The translations under genes were made by a program, and so were the position numbers. Source: Nostoc sp. DedSLP01 (GTDB lineage Bacteria; Cyanobacteriota; Cyanobacteriia; Cyanobacteriales; Nostocaceae). From it: DNA of 64,000 nucleotides. This document shows, piece after piece, positions 19,101 to 29,144 of this stretch (position 1 is its first letter; every line of letters starts with the position of its first letter). The DNA is taken from positions 91,162 to 155,161 of the forward strand of contig JAVRCJ020000020.1 in the NCBI GenBank assembly GCA_034530875.2, given 5' to 3'. The notes under the pieces are model-generated. The model was not told where the DNA came from. It made no database searches and saw only the letters and a list, made by a program, of their open reading frames with translations.

Positions 19101-20207
19101 GTGGTGAAAAGCTTCAATAGTCTGTTTGGCAAATCAAATAAAGGGATCGGCATTGAACTTGCTCCCGAACGAGTAAATGTAGTTCAGCTACGCAAGCAGC
19201 GTCAAGGCTTGAAACTAGAAACTTTAACATCGGTAGCAGTTCCCGAAGGCATAGTTACCGATGGTCAAATCGCCGACCCTCCAGCAATGGCGCAAATAAT
19301 TCAAGAAGCGCTAGCCCAAAGTAAAATCAAAGCTTCCCGTGTTGCCACTGGTGTACCAGGACGAGATTCTATCGTTCGTCTGATACCGGTGCCAGCAGAG
19401 TTAGATGACAAAGAACTGCGGGAAATGGTGCTAAACCATGAAGCTGGTTTGTATCTACCCTATCCTCGTGAAGAGGCTGATGTAGATTATCAGAAACTTG
19501 GGTACTTTGTAGATGAAGATGGCATCGAAAAAGTACAGGTACTCTTAGTTGCTACCCGCAAGGAAGTAACAGATACCTATATAAGTACATTCGAGCAGGC
19601 TGGATTACAAATCGATGTTTTAGAAATTAACAGTTTTGCTCTCATTCGGACTATTCGCGATCAATTGCGACAATTTGGCCCGCAAGAAGCAGCAGTACTA
19701 GTTGATATAGAATTCGACAGCACAGAAATTGCCATCATCGTTAATGGCGTACCTCAATTTTCGCGCACGGTACCTATAGGAACTTATCAAATGCAAACTG
19801 CCCTTGCTAGGGCAATGAGCTTACCTACATCACGGGATATGGAACTGTTACATGGAATGGTTATTACGCCAACTCCCATAGACGGCGGTAAAACCGGCGT
19901 CACAGAACTCAATCCCGGTATGGCAGCTGTCTTGAGAGTATTGGGAGAACTAACAGATGAATTGCGCCGTTCCATCGATTTTTACCTTAATCAAAGTGAA
20001 AATTTGGAAGTAGCGCAGATTTTATTAGCTGGGCCAGGAGGTGGACTCCAACAGCTTGATGAATTCTTTACTCAAAGATTAAGCTTACCAACTATCCAAA
20101 TAGATCCTATCGGGGCTTTGTCGTTGGAAGTTGATAGCGATAAATATCCACAGGTACAACGTTCTGGGTTGGCAGTCGTACTTGGTTTAGGAATGCGGGA
20201 GGTGTAA
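19101..20207 (+). CDS. pilM: Type IV pilus assembly protein PilM
   Basis: Actin-like fold (GIGIEL, LVDIEFDSTE, LLAGPGG, LGLGMR); first gene of pilMNOQ. GTG at 19101; the track's extension is STRR. Confidence 0.93.
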   Translation: MVKSFNSLFGKSNKGIGIELAPERVNVVQLRKQRQGLKLETLTSVAVPEGIVTDGQIADPPAMAQIIQEALAQSKIKASRVATGVPGRDSIVRLIPVPAELDDKELREMVLNHEAGLYLPYPREEADVDYQKLGYFVDEDGIEKVQVLLVATRKEVTDTYISTFEQAGLQIDVLEINSFALIRTIRDQLRQFGPQEAAVLVDIEFDSTEIAIIVNGVPQFSRTVPIGTYQMQTALARAMSLPTSRDMELLHGMVITPTPIDGGKTGVTELNPGMAAVLRVLGELTDELRRSIDFYLNQSENLEVAQILLAGPGGGLQQLDEFFTQRLSLPTIQIDPIGALSLEVDSDKYPQVQRSGLAVVLGLGMREV

Positions 20208-20209
20208 TA

Positions 20210-20320
20210 GCAATTCGCAATGGGCTACGCCCCGCTGCGAAGAGAGCAATGACGCTCGTTCGCCCTTGGTGTGCCGTAGGCAAGACTCGCTAACGCTGCG
20301 CTAACGCAAAATCGCGAACT
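20210..20320. repeat. Nested small dispersed repeats in the pilM-pilN spacer
   Basis: AATTCGCAATGGGCTACGCCCGCTGCG...GACGCTCG[TTCGCCCTTGGTGTGCCGTAGGC]AAGACTCGCTAACGCTGCGCTAACGC; same modules as 9896-10080. Confidence 0.7.
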
Positions 20321-20465
20321 CTGGATTATCCGTAAATGCTTTGCAGCTTACGGCAAGCATTAAAGCTTTTAAAGGCGGATTTTAAATTTTGGATTGTCTG
20401 TTTTGACAGTCACACTGTTTGAGAATTCTCAAACCATAATATTCATTTCTAGTTGGTGTGAGAAA

Positions 20466-21242
20466 ATGTACAGTTTGGATGTTAACTTTCTTAAAGACCG
20501 CCCAGCCTACCAGAAAAAGCCTGAGAAAAAGGGAGGAATGGCTTTAAGCCTTCCTGGAGGAAATTTAACACCAATTTATGTGGGAGTCGTATTAGGTGTA
20601 GGTCTTCCAGCTTTAATGGGAGTTGGTTGGTGGATATTGCAAGGGAAGATTGTTGAACTAGAGGGCACAATAGCACAACTAGATCAGGAAAGCAAAAGGT
20701 TAGATACAGAAATCGGAAATCTGAACAAAATTAAGGCAGAGGCAACCGCAGTTAAGGCGGAAACCCAAGCTTTAGTCAGTGTATTTGACCAGATTCGTCC
20801 TTGGTCGGCAATGCTGCAAGATTTGCGCGATCGCATTCCAGCAGCAGTGCAAATTAAGGACATCAAGCAAATTCCACCGATTGCAGCAGCGCCAGGTCAG
20901 CCTCCAAATAATCCCGCTGGGGGATTAGAAATTAGCGGCTTGGCTCGTTCCTTTAACGATGTCAATGATTTCTTGTTGAGTTTACAACAGTCCCAGTTTT
21001 TGAAGTCTTCAGAAAGCAGAATTCTCACGGCAACCTTAGTAGATGCTCCTTTACCTCCAAGTGCGAATCAATCGACAACTCAGGTAAAAATTAAGCCTCC
21101 ACAAATAGTTCAATACACTATTCAATCCAGCATGAATGATGTTCCAGCTTCAGAATTAATTCGCGAGTTGGAAAAAAAAGGCACAGTGGGGCTAGTGGCT
21201 CGAATTCGTAGTATGCAAGAAACAGGAGTCATTTCAAAATGA
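20466..21242 (+). CDS. pilN: Type IV pilus assembly protein PilN
   Basis: MYSLDVNFLK (INLL-like PilM-binding motif), TM helix, coiled coil, PWSAMLQDL, ISGLARSFNDVNDF; ATG at 20466. Confidence 0.9.
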   Translation: MYSLDVNFLKDRPAYQKKPEKKGGMALSLPGGNLTPIYVGVVLGVGLPALMGVGWWILQGKIVELEGTIAQLDQESKRLDTEIGNLNKIKAEATAVKAETQALVSVFDQIRPWSAMLQDLRDRIPAAVQIKDIKQIPPIAAAPGQPPNNPAGGLEISGLARSFNDVNDFLLSLQQSQFLKSSESRILTATLVDAPLPPSANQSTTQVKIKPPQIVQYTIQSSMNDVPASELIRELEKKGTVGLVARIRSMQETGVISK

Positions 21243-22006
21243 CGCTGAGTGATGATTTAAATTTTGCCGAACACGCCGGAGAATTGGATGAGGCGGCACC
21301 AGCCTATCCCGTGGTATTTGGTATTAGCTTTACACCAAAAATCATTGGGATTTTGGTAGGGTTCATTGGTTTAGCGGGAGCAGGTTACATAATATTAAAC
21401 CTGTTGATGCCAGCTTGGGAAAGCTATCAGCAACAGCAAGCAAAAGCCTCGGAACTCCAAGGACAAATTGAGCAAAAGAAACTTAATATCAAACAAATTG
21501 ACAAAGTTAAAGAGGAATTAGCTCAGGCAAAACAGCAAAAAGTCCAGGTTTTAGGTTTATTTGCAAATGAGAAAGATTTGGATACATTGCTGTTAGATAT
21601 CAACCGTTTAATTGAATCTGGTAATGTTCAAACCCCGATTAATGGGGTCAGAGCTAAACTCAAAAAGTTTGCGCCAATTTCTCAAAAACCAGAACAGGTT
21701 AAAGATGGAAGTTTGGGAAAACTAGTTGATGGCAAGCTGCAACGCAGCAGTATCAGTGCCGAGATTAGTGGTACTTACGAACAAACACAATCGATAATTC
21801 GTAACATTGAGCGTTTACAGCCTTTGTTAATAGTTAAAGATTATCAATCAACTGCGGCTCCAGCAGAGGTCAGATCTCCATTGGATAAAACGCCCGTGCG
21901 GGTTGGGCCAGGAGCGATTAATACATCATTCCAAGTACAGGTTTTGATGCCACTAAGTCCAGAACAAATAGCAGCCGCAGAGGCTAAAGATGCCCCGAAA
22001 AAGTAG
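21239..22006 (+). CDS. pilO: Type IV pilus assembly protein PilO
   Basis: ATGA overlap with pilN; TM helix, coiled coil, GTYEQTQSIIRNIERL. Confidence 0.88.
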   Translation: MTLSDDLNFAEHAGELDEAAPAYPVVFGISFTPKIIGILVGFIGLAGAGYIILNLLMPAWESYQQQQAKASELQGQIEQKKLNIKQIDKVKEELAQAKQQKVQVLGLFANEKDLDTLLLDINRLIESGNVQTPINGVRAKLKKFAPISQKPEQVKDGSLGKLVDGKLQRSSISAEISGTYEQTQSIIRNIERLQPLLIVKDYQSTAAPAEVRSPLDKTPVRVGPGAINTSFQVQVLMPLSPEQIAAAEAKDAPKK

Positions 22007-22195
22007 TTATGAGTTAGGAGTCATCAGTTATGAGTTATTAGTTGTACGTTGCAAGTCATCATTCCTAACTATTCACTCCTAACTCCTCACTTCTAAGTAA
22101 TTACTCTTTACTCCTAAGTTTTGCAACTCAGGACTCGTAGCAAACTACTCAAAAATTCTTTCTAAACAAGGTTTTATTTAGGTGAGGAATGAACT

Positions 22196-24526
22196 GTGAA
22201 ACAGCTTCACGGTAATAGTCTTATATTAGGTACTGCTGCTTTTGTATTCTTGGCAGCTCAACCAGTCTGGGCAGAAATTGCTCAAGTTACTGATGTACAA
22301 ATAAAGCCAGCCAATGGTGGAGTTGGCGTTGTTTTGAAAACTTCTTCCGGGTCGCGCCCCCAAGTTTTCACTACTAAAAGAGGTAAGTCTTTAGTTGCAG
22401 ACATTATTAATACTCAATTACGATTACCACAAGGGAATAGTTTTCGTCAAGATAGCCCAGCACCAGGAATTGCTTCAGTAGAGGTTACTCAACTTGATGC
22501 TAATAGTGTGCGGGTGACGGTAACTGGTAGTAATAATGCACCTGGTAGCGAACCTGTGCTGCGATCGCCAAATGGAATTACACTCAGCTTTAGCCCATCT
22601 GCTGGCACAACTGCCGCCTCACCAATTCCAACGACCCCAACATCTACAGCGCCCCCTGCTTCTACTCCAGCCCCAGCAGGTCAAAAACCAGATGTTCTAG
22701 TTCCCAATCCCCAAGTGACCATTGACGGACAACCAGCACAAGCTGCTGGTCCCGGTCAACCTCTGAGTCAGGCTCCACCTTTCTTACCCAGAGCCGTTGC
22801 GCCACCAGTAGGAGATATTGCTATTTCTGCTACTGACGCATCTCCTAGCACCATTGACTTAGCAACTCAGGAACGCGTACCTCGTTTAGTACTGCGAGAT
22901 GCCCCAGTGCGTGAAGTTTTATCACTGCTTGCCCGTGCAGCTGGTTTAAACTTGGCTTATGTCGGAAGCGAGCAAGGTGGTGGAGGTAAGGAAGGTGCCA
23001 CTGCACAAGCTAGCTCTCAAACAATCTCCTTAGATATAGAAAACGAGCCAGTGCAAGATGTGTTTAACTACGTTTTGCGCCTGAGTGGTTTAGAAGCTAA
23101 CCGTAGCGGTCGCACAGTTTTTGTTGGGCCTAAACTACCTAATGCGACCCGGGACATGGTTATGCGTAGTCTGAGACTCAATCAGGTAACCGTGGGAGTC
23201 GCCCTGAACTTTTTGGTTGGCTTGGGGGCAGAAAGTGCCGTCAGCCGCGAACGACAAGTTACCAGCGTTAATGCTGTACCTGTAGGCGCTGGAGCAGCTC
23301 CCATCACCCAAACTCAGACAACCACAGAAACCAGACTGGAAACTCAACGGGCTGAATTTCAAGACTCTAACCCATTACTCAGAGGTTTACAGGCATTAGG
23401 AGACGAGCGCACTAATTCGCTGACTTTGATTGGGCCCCCCAGGCTAGTTGAGATGGCAATGGCTCAACTAACTCAGCTTGATATCCGTCGTCGTCAGGTG
23501 GTAGTCAACGTCAAAATCATCGATGTTAACCTCTTGAACACCCAGGACTACAACACTAGCTTTTCCTTTGGGGTTGGTAACAACTACTTTACTAATGATG
23601 GCGGTGCAGCATCTCTGAATTTTGGTGGTTCGAGACCAGCTACTAGAGCTGAAGCATCAAGTAGTGTGACTGGCACACCAGTCATTCAGAATCCTGTTAC
23701 AGGAGGAACATTTTTGGTTAACCCTGCGGCCGGTGGTACACCAACAGCTACGGCTGATGTAGGTAATCCGCTACAACCAGGTATTACAGAATTTACTCCA
23801 GGAACCCCACCAACAGCTACAAGCGCCGGAACTCCAGATCAATATACATTCGCTCTACCAACTTTATTCCAGTTCCCCAAACGTCTGCTTGCTAGTTTGC
23901 AGGCTCAAGTTCAAAATGGCAACGCCAAGATTTTGACAGACCCGACCTTAATTGTCCAAGAAGGCCAAACTGCTAATGTTAACCTGACTCAGGAAGTAGT
24001 AGGCAACATTAAAAGGGAAATCGTTCGTGATGCAAATCTTGCTACAGAAACGATTTCAGCAGAAAAAGACCGTGTAGGTTTAACCTTAGCGGTCAAAGTT
24101 GAACGGATTGACGATAACGGTTTTGTTTCTCTATCAGTAGCTCCCGTTGTCAAGGCACCCCAAGCTCCAGCTACTATCAATGTTGGGGGTGGTGGTAGTC
24201 AACAAATATTCTTAGTGTCTGAACGCTCTCTTAATTCTGGCTCGATTCGCTTGCGAGATGGTCAAACGCTAATTCTGTCAGGTATTATTCAAGATTCAGA
24301 CCGGACAACTGTTTCTAAGATTCCTATTTTGGGAGATATACCGCTAATTGGTTCCCTGTTTAGAAGTACAAACAGACAGAACCAACGCAACGAAGTGATT
24401 GTATTGCTCACGCCTCAAATCATGGATGACTCTGAGAACTCATCCTACGGCTATAACTATACTCCTAGCCCACAAGTGCGGCAAATTCTTGAGCGTCGCG
24501 GTTTAAAACTTCCTACTGGGCAATAA
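22196..24526 (+). CDS. pilQ: Type IV pilus secretin PilQ (AMIN + secretin domains)
   Basis: Signal peptide, AMIN domain, DERTNSL, KILTDPTL, and LRDGQTLILSGII...KIPILGDIPLIGSLFR secretin signature. Confidence 0.95.
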   Translation: MKQLHGNSLILGTAAFVFLAAQPVWAEIAQVTDVQIKPANGGVGVVLKTSSGSRPQVFTTKRGKSLVADIINTQLRLPQGNSFRQDSPAPGIASVEVTQLDANSVRVTVTGSNNAPGSEPVLRSPNGITLSFSPSAGTTAASPIPTTPTSTAPPASTPAPAGQKPDVLVPNPQVTIDGQPAQAAGPGQPLSQAPPFLPRAVAPPVGDIAISATDASPSTIDLATQERVPRLVLRDAPVREVLSLLARAAGLNLAYVGSEQGGGGKEGATAQASSQTISLDIENEPVQDVFNYVLRLSGLEANRSGRTVFVGPKLPNATRDMVMRSLRLNQVTVGVALNFLVGLGAESAVSRERQVTSVNAVPVGAGAAPITQTQTTTETRLETQRAEFQDSNPLLRGLQALGDERTNSLTLIGPPRLVEMAMAQLTQLDIRRRQVVVNVKIIDVNLLNTQDYNTSFSFGVGNNYFTNDGGAASLNFGGSRPATRAEASSSVTGTPVIQNPVTGGTFLVNPAAGGTPTATADVGNPLQPGITEFTPGTPPTATSAGTPDQYTFALPTLFQFPKRLLASLQAQVQNGNAKILTDPTLIVQEGQTANVNLTQEVVGNIKREIVRDANLATETISAEKDRVGLTLAVKVERIDDNGFVSLSVAPVVKAPQAPATINVGGGGSQQIFLVSERSLNSGSIRLRDGQTLILSGIIQDSDRTTVSKIPILGDIPLIGSLFRSTNRQNQRNEVIVLLTPQIMDDSENSSYGYNYTPSPQVRQILERRGLKLPTGQ

Positions 24527-24563
24527 AGTACTGACGAATAAAAGATATCCAATAATTATTTTG

Positions 24564-24590
24564 GGGTAGGTCAGACACCTACCCTATTTA
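24564..24590 (+). terminator. Hairpin downstream of pilQ, possible terminator
   Basis: GGGTAGGT-CAGAC-ACCTACCC followed by TATTTA. Confidence 0.5.
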
Positions 24591-24731
24591 CTGGGTGGGC
24601 TTTTCGGCTTATTCCACAATTACTAGTAATTTATTTGTTGGAGTTCTCTAAAAAGAAGCGATCGCACTACACAAAACTAAAGGCGATGGTCTTATATCAT
24701 ACCATTGAGATAGTTAGTAGTTAGTAATTTC

Positions 24732-24996
24732 ATGAGTATTCGTCAAGAACTTATAAGTGCGATCGAGCAACTAAATGATGACCAGTTACCAGTACTCCTG
24801 GATTTAGCTCTTTCGCTCAAGAGTGAAAAAAAAATCTGTTAATTTTACTGTTGAATCTCAGGCTTATCGGAATTGGGTAAGTTCTGAAAATGACATTTAC
24901 GACGAAGTATTTTTCGATCCGCTAAGGCTTTTACCTGACTTAAGAATAAATCCTGCCGAAACTCGCAAAATTTTGGAAAATAATAAAATAACTTGA
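24732..24996 (+). pseudogene. Frameshifted small antitoxin-like gene
   Basis: MSIRQELISAIEQLNDDQLPVLLDLALSLKSEKK stops at 24842 after an A9 run (24826-24834). Removing one A continues SVNFTVESQAYRNWVSSENDIYDEVF... to the TGA ending at 24996. Confidence 0.55.
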
Positions 24997-25040
24997 GTAT
25001 CACAAGACTCATTTGATTTCCTCATTTTCTCTAAGAAAAT

Positions 25041-28000
25041 ATGACTCATCCTTTCCTTGAACGCCTGCGTAGTCCAGATAGTCCAGTCCTCGTTTTCGAT
25101 GGGGCAATGGGAACTAACCTGCAAACGCAAAACCTCACAGCAGAAGACTTTGGCGGCCCACAATATGAAGGCTGTAACGAATACCTAGTCCACAGTAAGC
25201 CGGAAGCTGTAGCTAAAGTTCACCGTGACTTTCTCGCCGCTGGTGCTGATGTCATTGAAACGGATACCTTTGGCAGTACTTCCATTGTGCTGGCAGAATA
25301 TGACTTGGCTGACAAGGCTTACTATCTCAGCAAAACAGCCGCAGAACTCGCTAAGCGTGTCGCTGCGGAATTTTCCACTCCGGAAAAACCCCGGTTTGTA
25401 GCTGGTTCCATTGGCCCGACAACCAAACTACCTACCTTGGGGCACATTGACTTTGACACCATGAAAGCTGCTTTTGCCGAACAAGCCGAAGCATTGTGGG
25501 ATGGTGGCGTGGATCTATTTATTGTGGAAACCTGCCAAGATGTGTTGCAAATCAAAGCTGCGCTGAATGGCATTGAAGAGGTTTTTGCTAAAAAGGGCGA
25601 TCGCCGTCCGTTGATGGTGTCTGTGACAATGGAAAGCATGGGCACAATGTTGGTGGGTTCAGAAATTAATGCTGTGCTGACAATTTTGGAACCGTACCCA
25701 ATAGACATTCTCGGTCTCAACTGCGCCACAGGCCCCGACTTGATGAAACCACATATCAAGTATCTGGCAGAACATTCACCTTTCATCGTTTCCTGTATTC
25801 CCAACGCGGGTTTACCTGAGAACGTCGGCGGTCAAGCACACTACCGTCTGACTCCAATGGAATTACGGATGTCGCTGATGCATTTTGTTGAAGATTTGGG
25901 TGTCCAAGTGATAGGGGGTTGCTGTGGGACGCGTCCAGAACACATTCAACAATTGGCAGAAATGACCAAAGACTTGAAACCAAAAGTTAGACAACCGAGT
26001 TTAGAGCCAGCAGCAGCATCAATTTATACTACTCAGCCTTATGACCAAGATAATTCCTTCTTAATTATCGGCGAACGTCTCAATGCCAGCGGTTCTAAGA
26101 AGTGCCGCGATTTACTAAATGCCGAAGATTGGGATGGACTCGTCTCCATGGCCAGGGCGCAAGTCAAAGAAGGCGCACACATCCTGGATGTCAACGTCGA
26201 TTATGTGGGACGTGACGGCGTGCGGGATATGCACGAATTAGTTTCACGGCTTGTAAATAATGTCACATTACCTTTAATGCTCGACTCCACCGAATGGGAA
26301 AAGATGGAGGCGGGTTTAAAGGTTGCCGGCGGTAAATGTTTGCTCAACTCCACAAACTATGAAGACGGCGAACCGCGCTTTTTGAAAGTGCTGGAATTGG
26401 CGAAAAAGTACGGCGCTGGTGTAGTAATTGGTACTATCGACGAAGAAGGAATGGCGCGGACAGCCGAGAAAAAGTTTCAAATTGCCCAACGCGCTTATCG
26501 TCAAGCTTTGGAATACGGCATACCTGCCACAGAGATATTTTTTGATACCTTGGCTTTACCAATTTCCACGGGGATTGAAGAAGACCGAGAAAACGGCAAA
26601 GCTACCATTGAGGCCATTCGGCGCATTCGCCACGAATTGCCTGGATGTCATGTAGTTTTGGGTGTTTCTAATATTTCCTTTGGTTTAAATCCCGCAGCGC
26701 GGATAGTGCTGAACTCTGTGTTTTTGCACGAGGCGATGACAGTGGGAATGGATGCAGCAATTGTTAGTGCCAGCAAGATTTTACCGCTGTCCAAGATTGA
26801 AGAACGGCATCAAGAAATCTGTCGTCAATTAATTTACGACCAACGGAAATTTGAGGGTGATGTTTGCGTTTACGACCCCTTGGGAGAGCTTACCACAGTC
26901 TTTGCAGGAGTAACCACAAAACGCGATCGCTCCCTAGATCAAAATCTTCCCATCGAAGAACGCCTCAAACGTCATATCATCGATGGGGAACGCATTGGCT
27001 TAGAAGAAAACCTCAAAAAAGCTCTAGAACAATATCCACCCTTAGAAATTATCAACACCTTCTTGCTAGATGGCATGAAAGTTGTCGGGGAATTATTCGG
27101 TTCTGGACAAATGCAACTACCCTTCGTGTTACAGTCTGCCGAAACCATGAAAGCGGCCGTGGCATATTTAGAGCCGTTCATGGAAAAATCAGAATCAGGC
27201 AACAATGCCAAGGGAACATTTATCATTGCCACAGTCAAAGGCGATGTCCACGATATTGGTAAAAATTTGGTGGATATCATCTTATCCAACAACGGCTACA
27301 AAGTAATTAACCTGGGAATTAAACAGCCAGTAGAAAACATTATTCAGGCTTACGAACAGCACAAAGCTGATTGTGTTGCCATGAGTGGCTTGCTAGTGAA
27401 ATCCACTGCTTTCATGAAAGAGAACTTGGAGGTATTTAACGAAAAGGGAATTACCGTACCTGTGATTTTAGGCGGTGCGGCTTTGACTCCTAAATTTGTC
27501 CATGAAGATTGCCAAAATACCTATAAAGGTAAAGTAGTTTATGGCAAAGATGCCTTTTCTGACTTGCACTTCATGGATAAACTAATGCCAGCTAAGACCA
27601 CTGGTAACTGGGATGATTTGCAGGGATTTTTGAACGAAGTTGAAACAGCTGAAGTTTCGACCAATGGTCATAAAGAATCACTAGCTACAACTACTCAAAA
27701 AACACAATATACAGAACTAAAAGAGATAGATACTCGACGTTCTGAAGCAGTAGCCATAGATATTGAACGTCCCACACCACCTTTCTGGGGAACGCAATTA
27801 TTACAGCCTAATGATATTGCGATCGAAGAAATATTCTGGCACTTGGATTTACAGGCGTTAATAGCTGGACAATGGCAATTCCGCAAGCCAAAAGAACAAT
27901 CTAAAGAAGAATATCAAGCTTTTTTAGATGAAAAAGTCTACCCAGTTTTAGAAACTTGGAAACAGCGGATTATTGAAGAAAATCTCTTACATCCGCAAGT

Positions 28001-28571
28001 GATTTATGGGTATTTCCCTTGTCAAGCTGAGGGAAATTCTTTACACATATATAACTCAGAGAACCAATCGCAGCAGGTTGCAACTTTCGAGTTTCCTAGA
28101 CAAAAGTCATTAAGGCGGCTGTGCATAGCAGATTTCTTTGCACCGAAAGAGTCAGGAATTATTGATGTCTTTCCCATGCAGGCGGTGACTGTGGGTGAAA
28201 TTGCAGCAGAATTTGCCCAAAAACTGTTTGCTGATAATCAATACACTGATTACCTGTATTTCCACGGTATGGCTGTCCAGATGGCAGAGGCATTAGCAGA
28301 GTGGACGCACGCCAGAATTCGCCGTGAATTAGGCTTTGGTGCTGAGGAACCAGATAATATTCGGGATATGTTGGCACAACGTTATCGTGGTTCGCGGTAT
28401 AGTTTTGGCTATCCTGCTTGTCCGAATATTCAAGACCAGTACAAGCAACTCGAGTTATTGCAGACTGACAGAATTAACTTGTATATGGATGAAAGCGAAC
28501 AACTTTATCCAGAACAGTCTACAACGGCGATTATTACCTACCACCCAGTAGCCAAGTACTTCAGCGCCTAA
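25041..28571 (+). CDS. metH: Cobalamin-dependent methionine synthase
   Basis: DGAMGT, LNCATG, GGCCGT (Hcy/Zn domain), IGERLN pterin domain, [10 protein letters not shown]12 motif, [10 protein letters not shown] activation domain. Confidence 0.97.
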   Translation: MTHPFLERLRSPDSPVLVFDGAMGTNLQTQNLTAEDFGGPQYEGCNEYLVHSKPEAVAKVHRDFLAAGADVIETDTFGSTSIVLAEYDLADKAYYLSKTAAELAKRVAAEFSTPEKPRFVAGSIGPTTKLPTLGHIDFDTMKAAFAEQAEALWDGGVDLFIVETCQDVLQIKAALNGIEEVFAKKGDRRPLMVSVTMESMGTMLVGSEINAVLTILEPYPIDILGLNCATGPDLMKPHIKYLAEHSPFIVSCIPNAGLPENVGGQAHYRLTPMELRMSLMHFVEDLGVQVIGGCCGTRPEHIQQLAEMTKDLKPKVRQPSLEPAAASIYTTQPYDQDNSFLIIGERLNASGSKKCRDLLNAEDWDGLVSMARAQVKEGAHILDVNVDYVGRDGVRDMHELVSRLVNNVTLPLMLDSTEWEKMEAGLKVAGGKCLLNSTNYEDGEPRFLKVLELAKKYGAGVVIGTIDEEGMARTAEKKFQIAQRAYRQALEYGIPATEIFFDTLALPISTGIEEDRENGKATIEAIRRIRHELPGCHVVLGVSNISFGLNPAARIVLNSVFLHEAMTVGMDAAIVSASKILPLSKIEERHQEICRQLIYDQRKFEGDVCVYDPLGELTTVFAGVTTKRDRSLDQNLPIEERLKRHIIDGERIGLEENLKKALEQYPPLEIINTFLLDGMKVVGELFGSGQMQLPFVLQSAETMKAAVAYLEPFMEKSESGNNAKGTFIIATVKGDVHDIGKNLVDIILSNNGYKVINLGIKQPVENIIQAYEQHKADCVAMSGLLVKSTAFMKENLEVFNEKGITVPVILGGAALTPKFVHEDCQNTYKGKVVYGKDAFSDLHFMDKLMPAKTTGNWDDLQGFLNEVETAEVSTNGHKESLATTTQKTQYTELKEIDTRRSEAVAIDIERPTPPFWGTQLLQPNDIAIEEIFWHLDLQALIAGQWQFRKPKEQSKEEYQAFLDEKVYPVLETWKQRIIEENLLHPQVIYGYFPCQAEGNSLHIYNSENQSQQVATFEFPRQKSLRRLCIADFFAPKESGIIDVFPMQAVTVGEIAAEFAQKLFADNQYTDYLYFHGMAVQMAEALAEWTHARIRRELGFGAEEPDNIRDMLAQRYRGSRYSFGYPACPNIQDQYKQLELLQTDRINLYMDESEQLYPEQSTTAIITYHPVAKYFSA

Positions 28572-28613
28572 AACTGCATACTCCTTCCAGCTTGTAAAAA
28601 TTATAGGTTTTTC

Positions 28614-28645
28614 GTAGGGGCGCACAGCTAGCTGTGCGCCCCTAC
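28614..28645. repeat. GTAG-type REP-like palindrome, copy 3 (perfect 32 bp)
   Basis: GTAGGGGCGCACAGCT|AGCTGTGCGCCCCTAC. Confidence 0.9.
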
Positions 28646-29144
28646 TATTGTTAATTAGTAATCAAATATAGCGATCGCAGCATAGTTTAAGGAATAACCT
28701 TTCACGAAACCCAATACCAATGAGCTTTCAACTCTATTGCTTTCTCCCTGTTCCTGACTATTTTCTACCAACTGATATCCTTTCTTTAAAAAATGGGTAT
28801 TATAAGCTTGTTTTTATCAAACCATCTTTATAAATTTGCCTTCCAAATAAAATACATTTCCGCAAATTTACTGTCAAGTTATGCCTTGATTCTTCGTTGG
28901 AGTTGATTTAAATAACTCTGAAAAATCAGTATTTTCCGGTTAAAATGAACAATTTATAAATGATATAACTTTAATAAATTGTTCATCTTTGTTTCCACTT
29001 TATTTACAAATTAGTAAAACAAAATGCCAAAATTGCCCGAAATATATTTTCATTATTCTCCTTGAAAATTCATTGTCAGGTAGAACGCTCAATTTTGATA
29101 AAAAATCTCAAATCTGCAACAAATAACTTGACAGGAAAGTAGCT

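Noticed and set aside
21990..22200. Absence of pilP between pilO and pilQ as an anomaly
   Set aside because: Cyanobacterial pilMNOQ operons normally lack a recognisable pilP; the spacer is only an STRR tract.
24530..25040. Cobalamin or SAM riboswitch upstream of metH
   Set aside because: No B12-box or SAM-I core motif visible; the space is taken by the frameshifted small gene. A covariance-model scan would be needed to exclude it fully.
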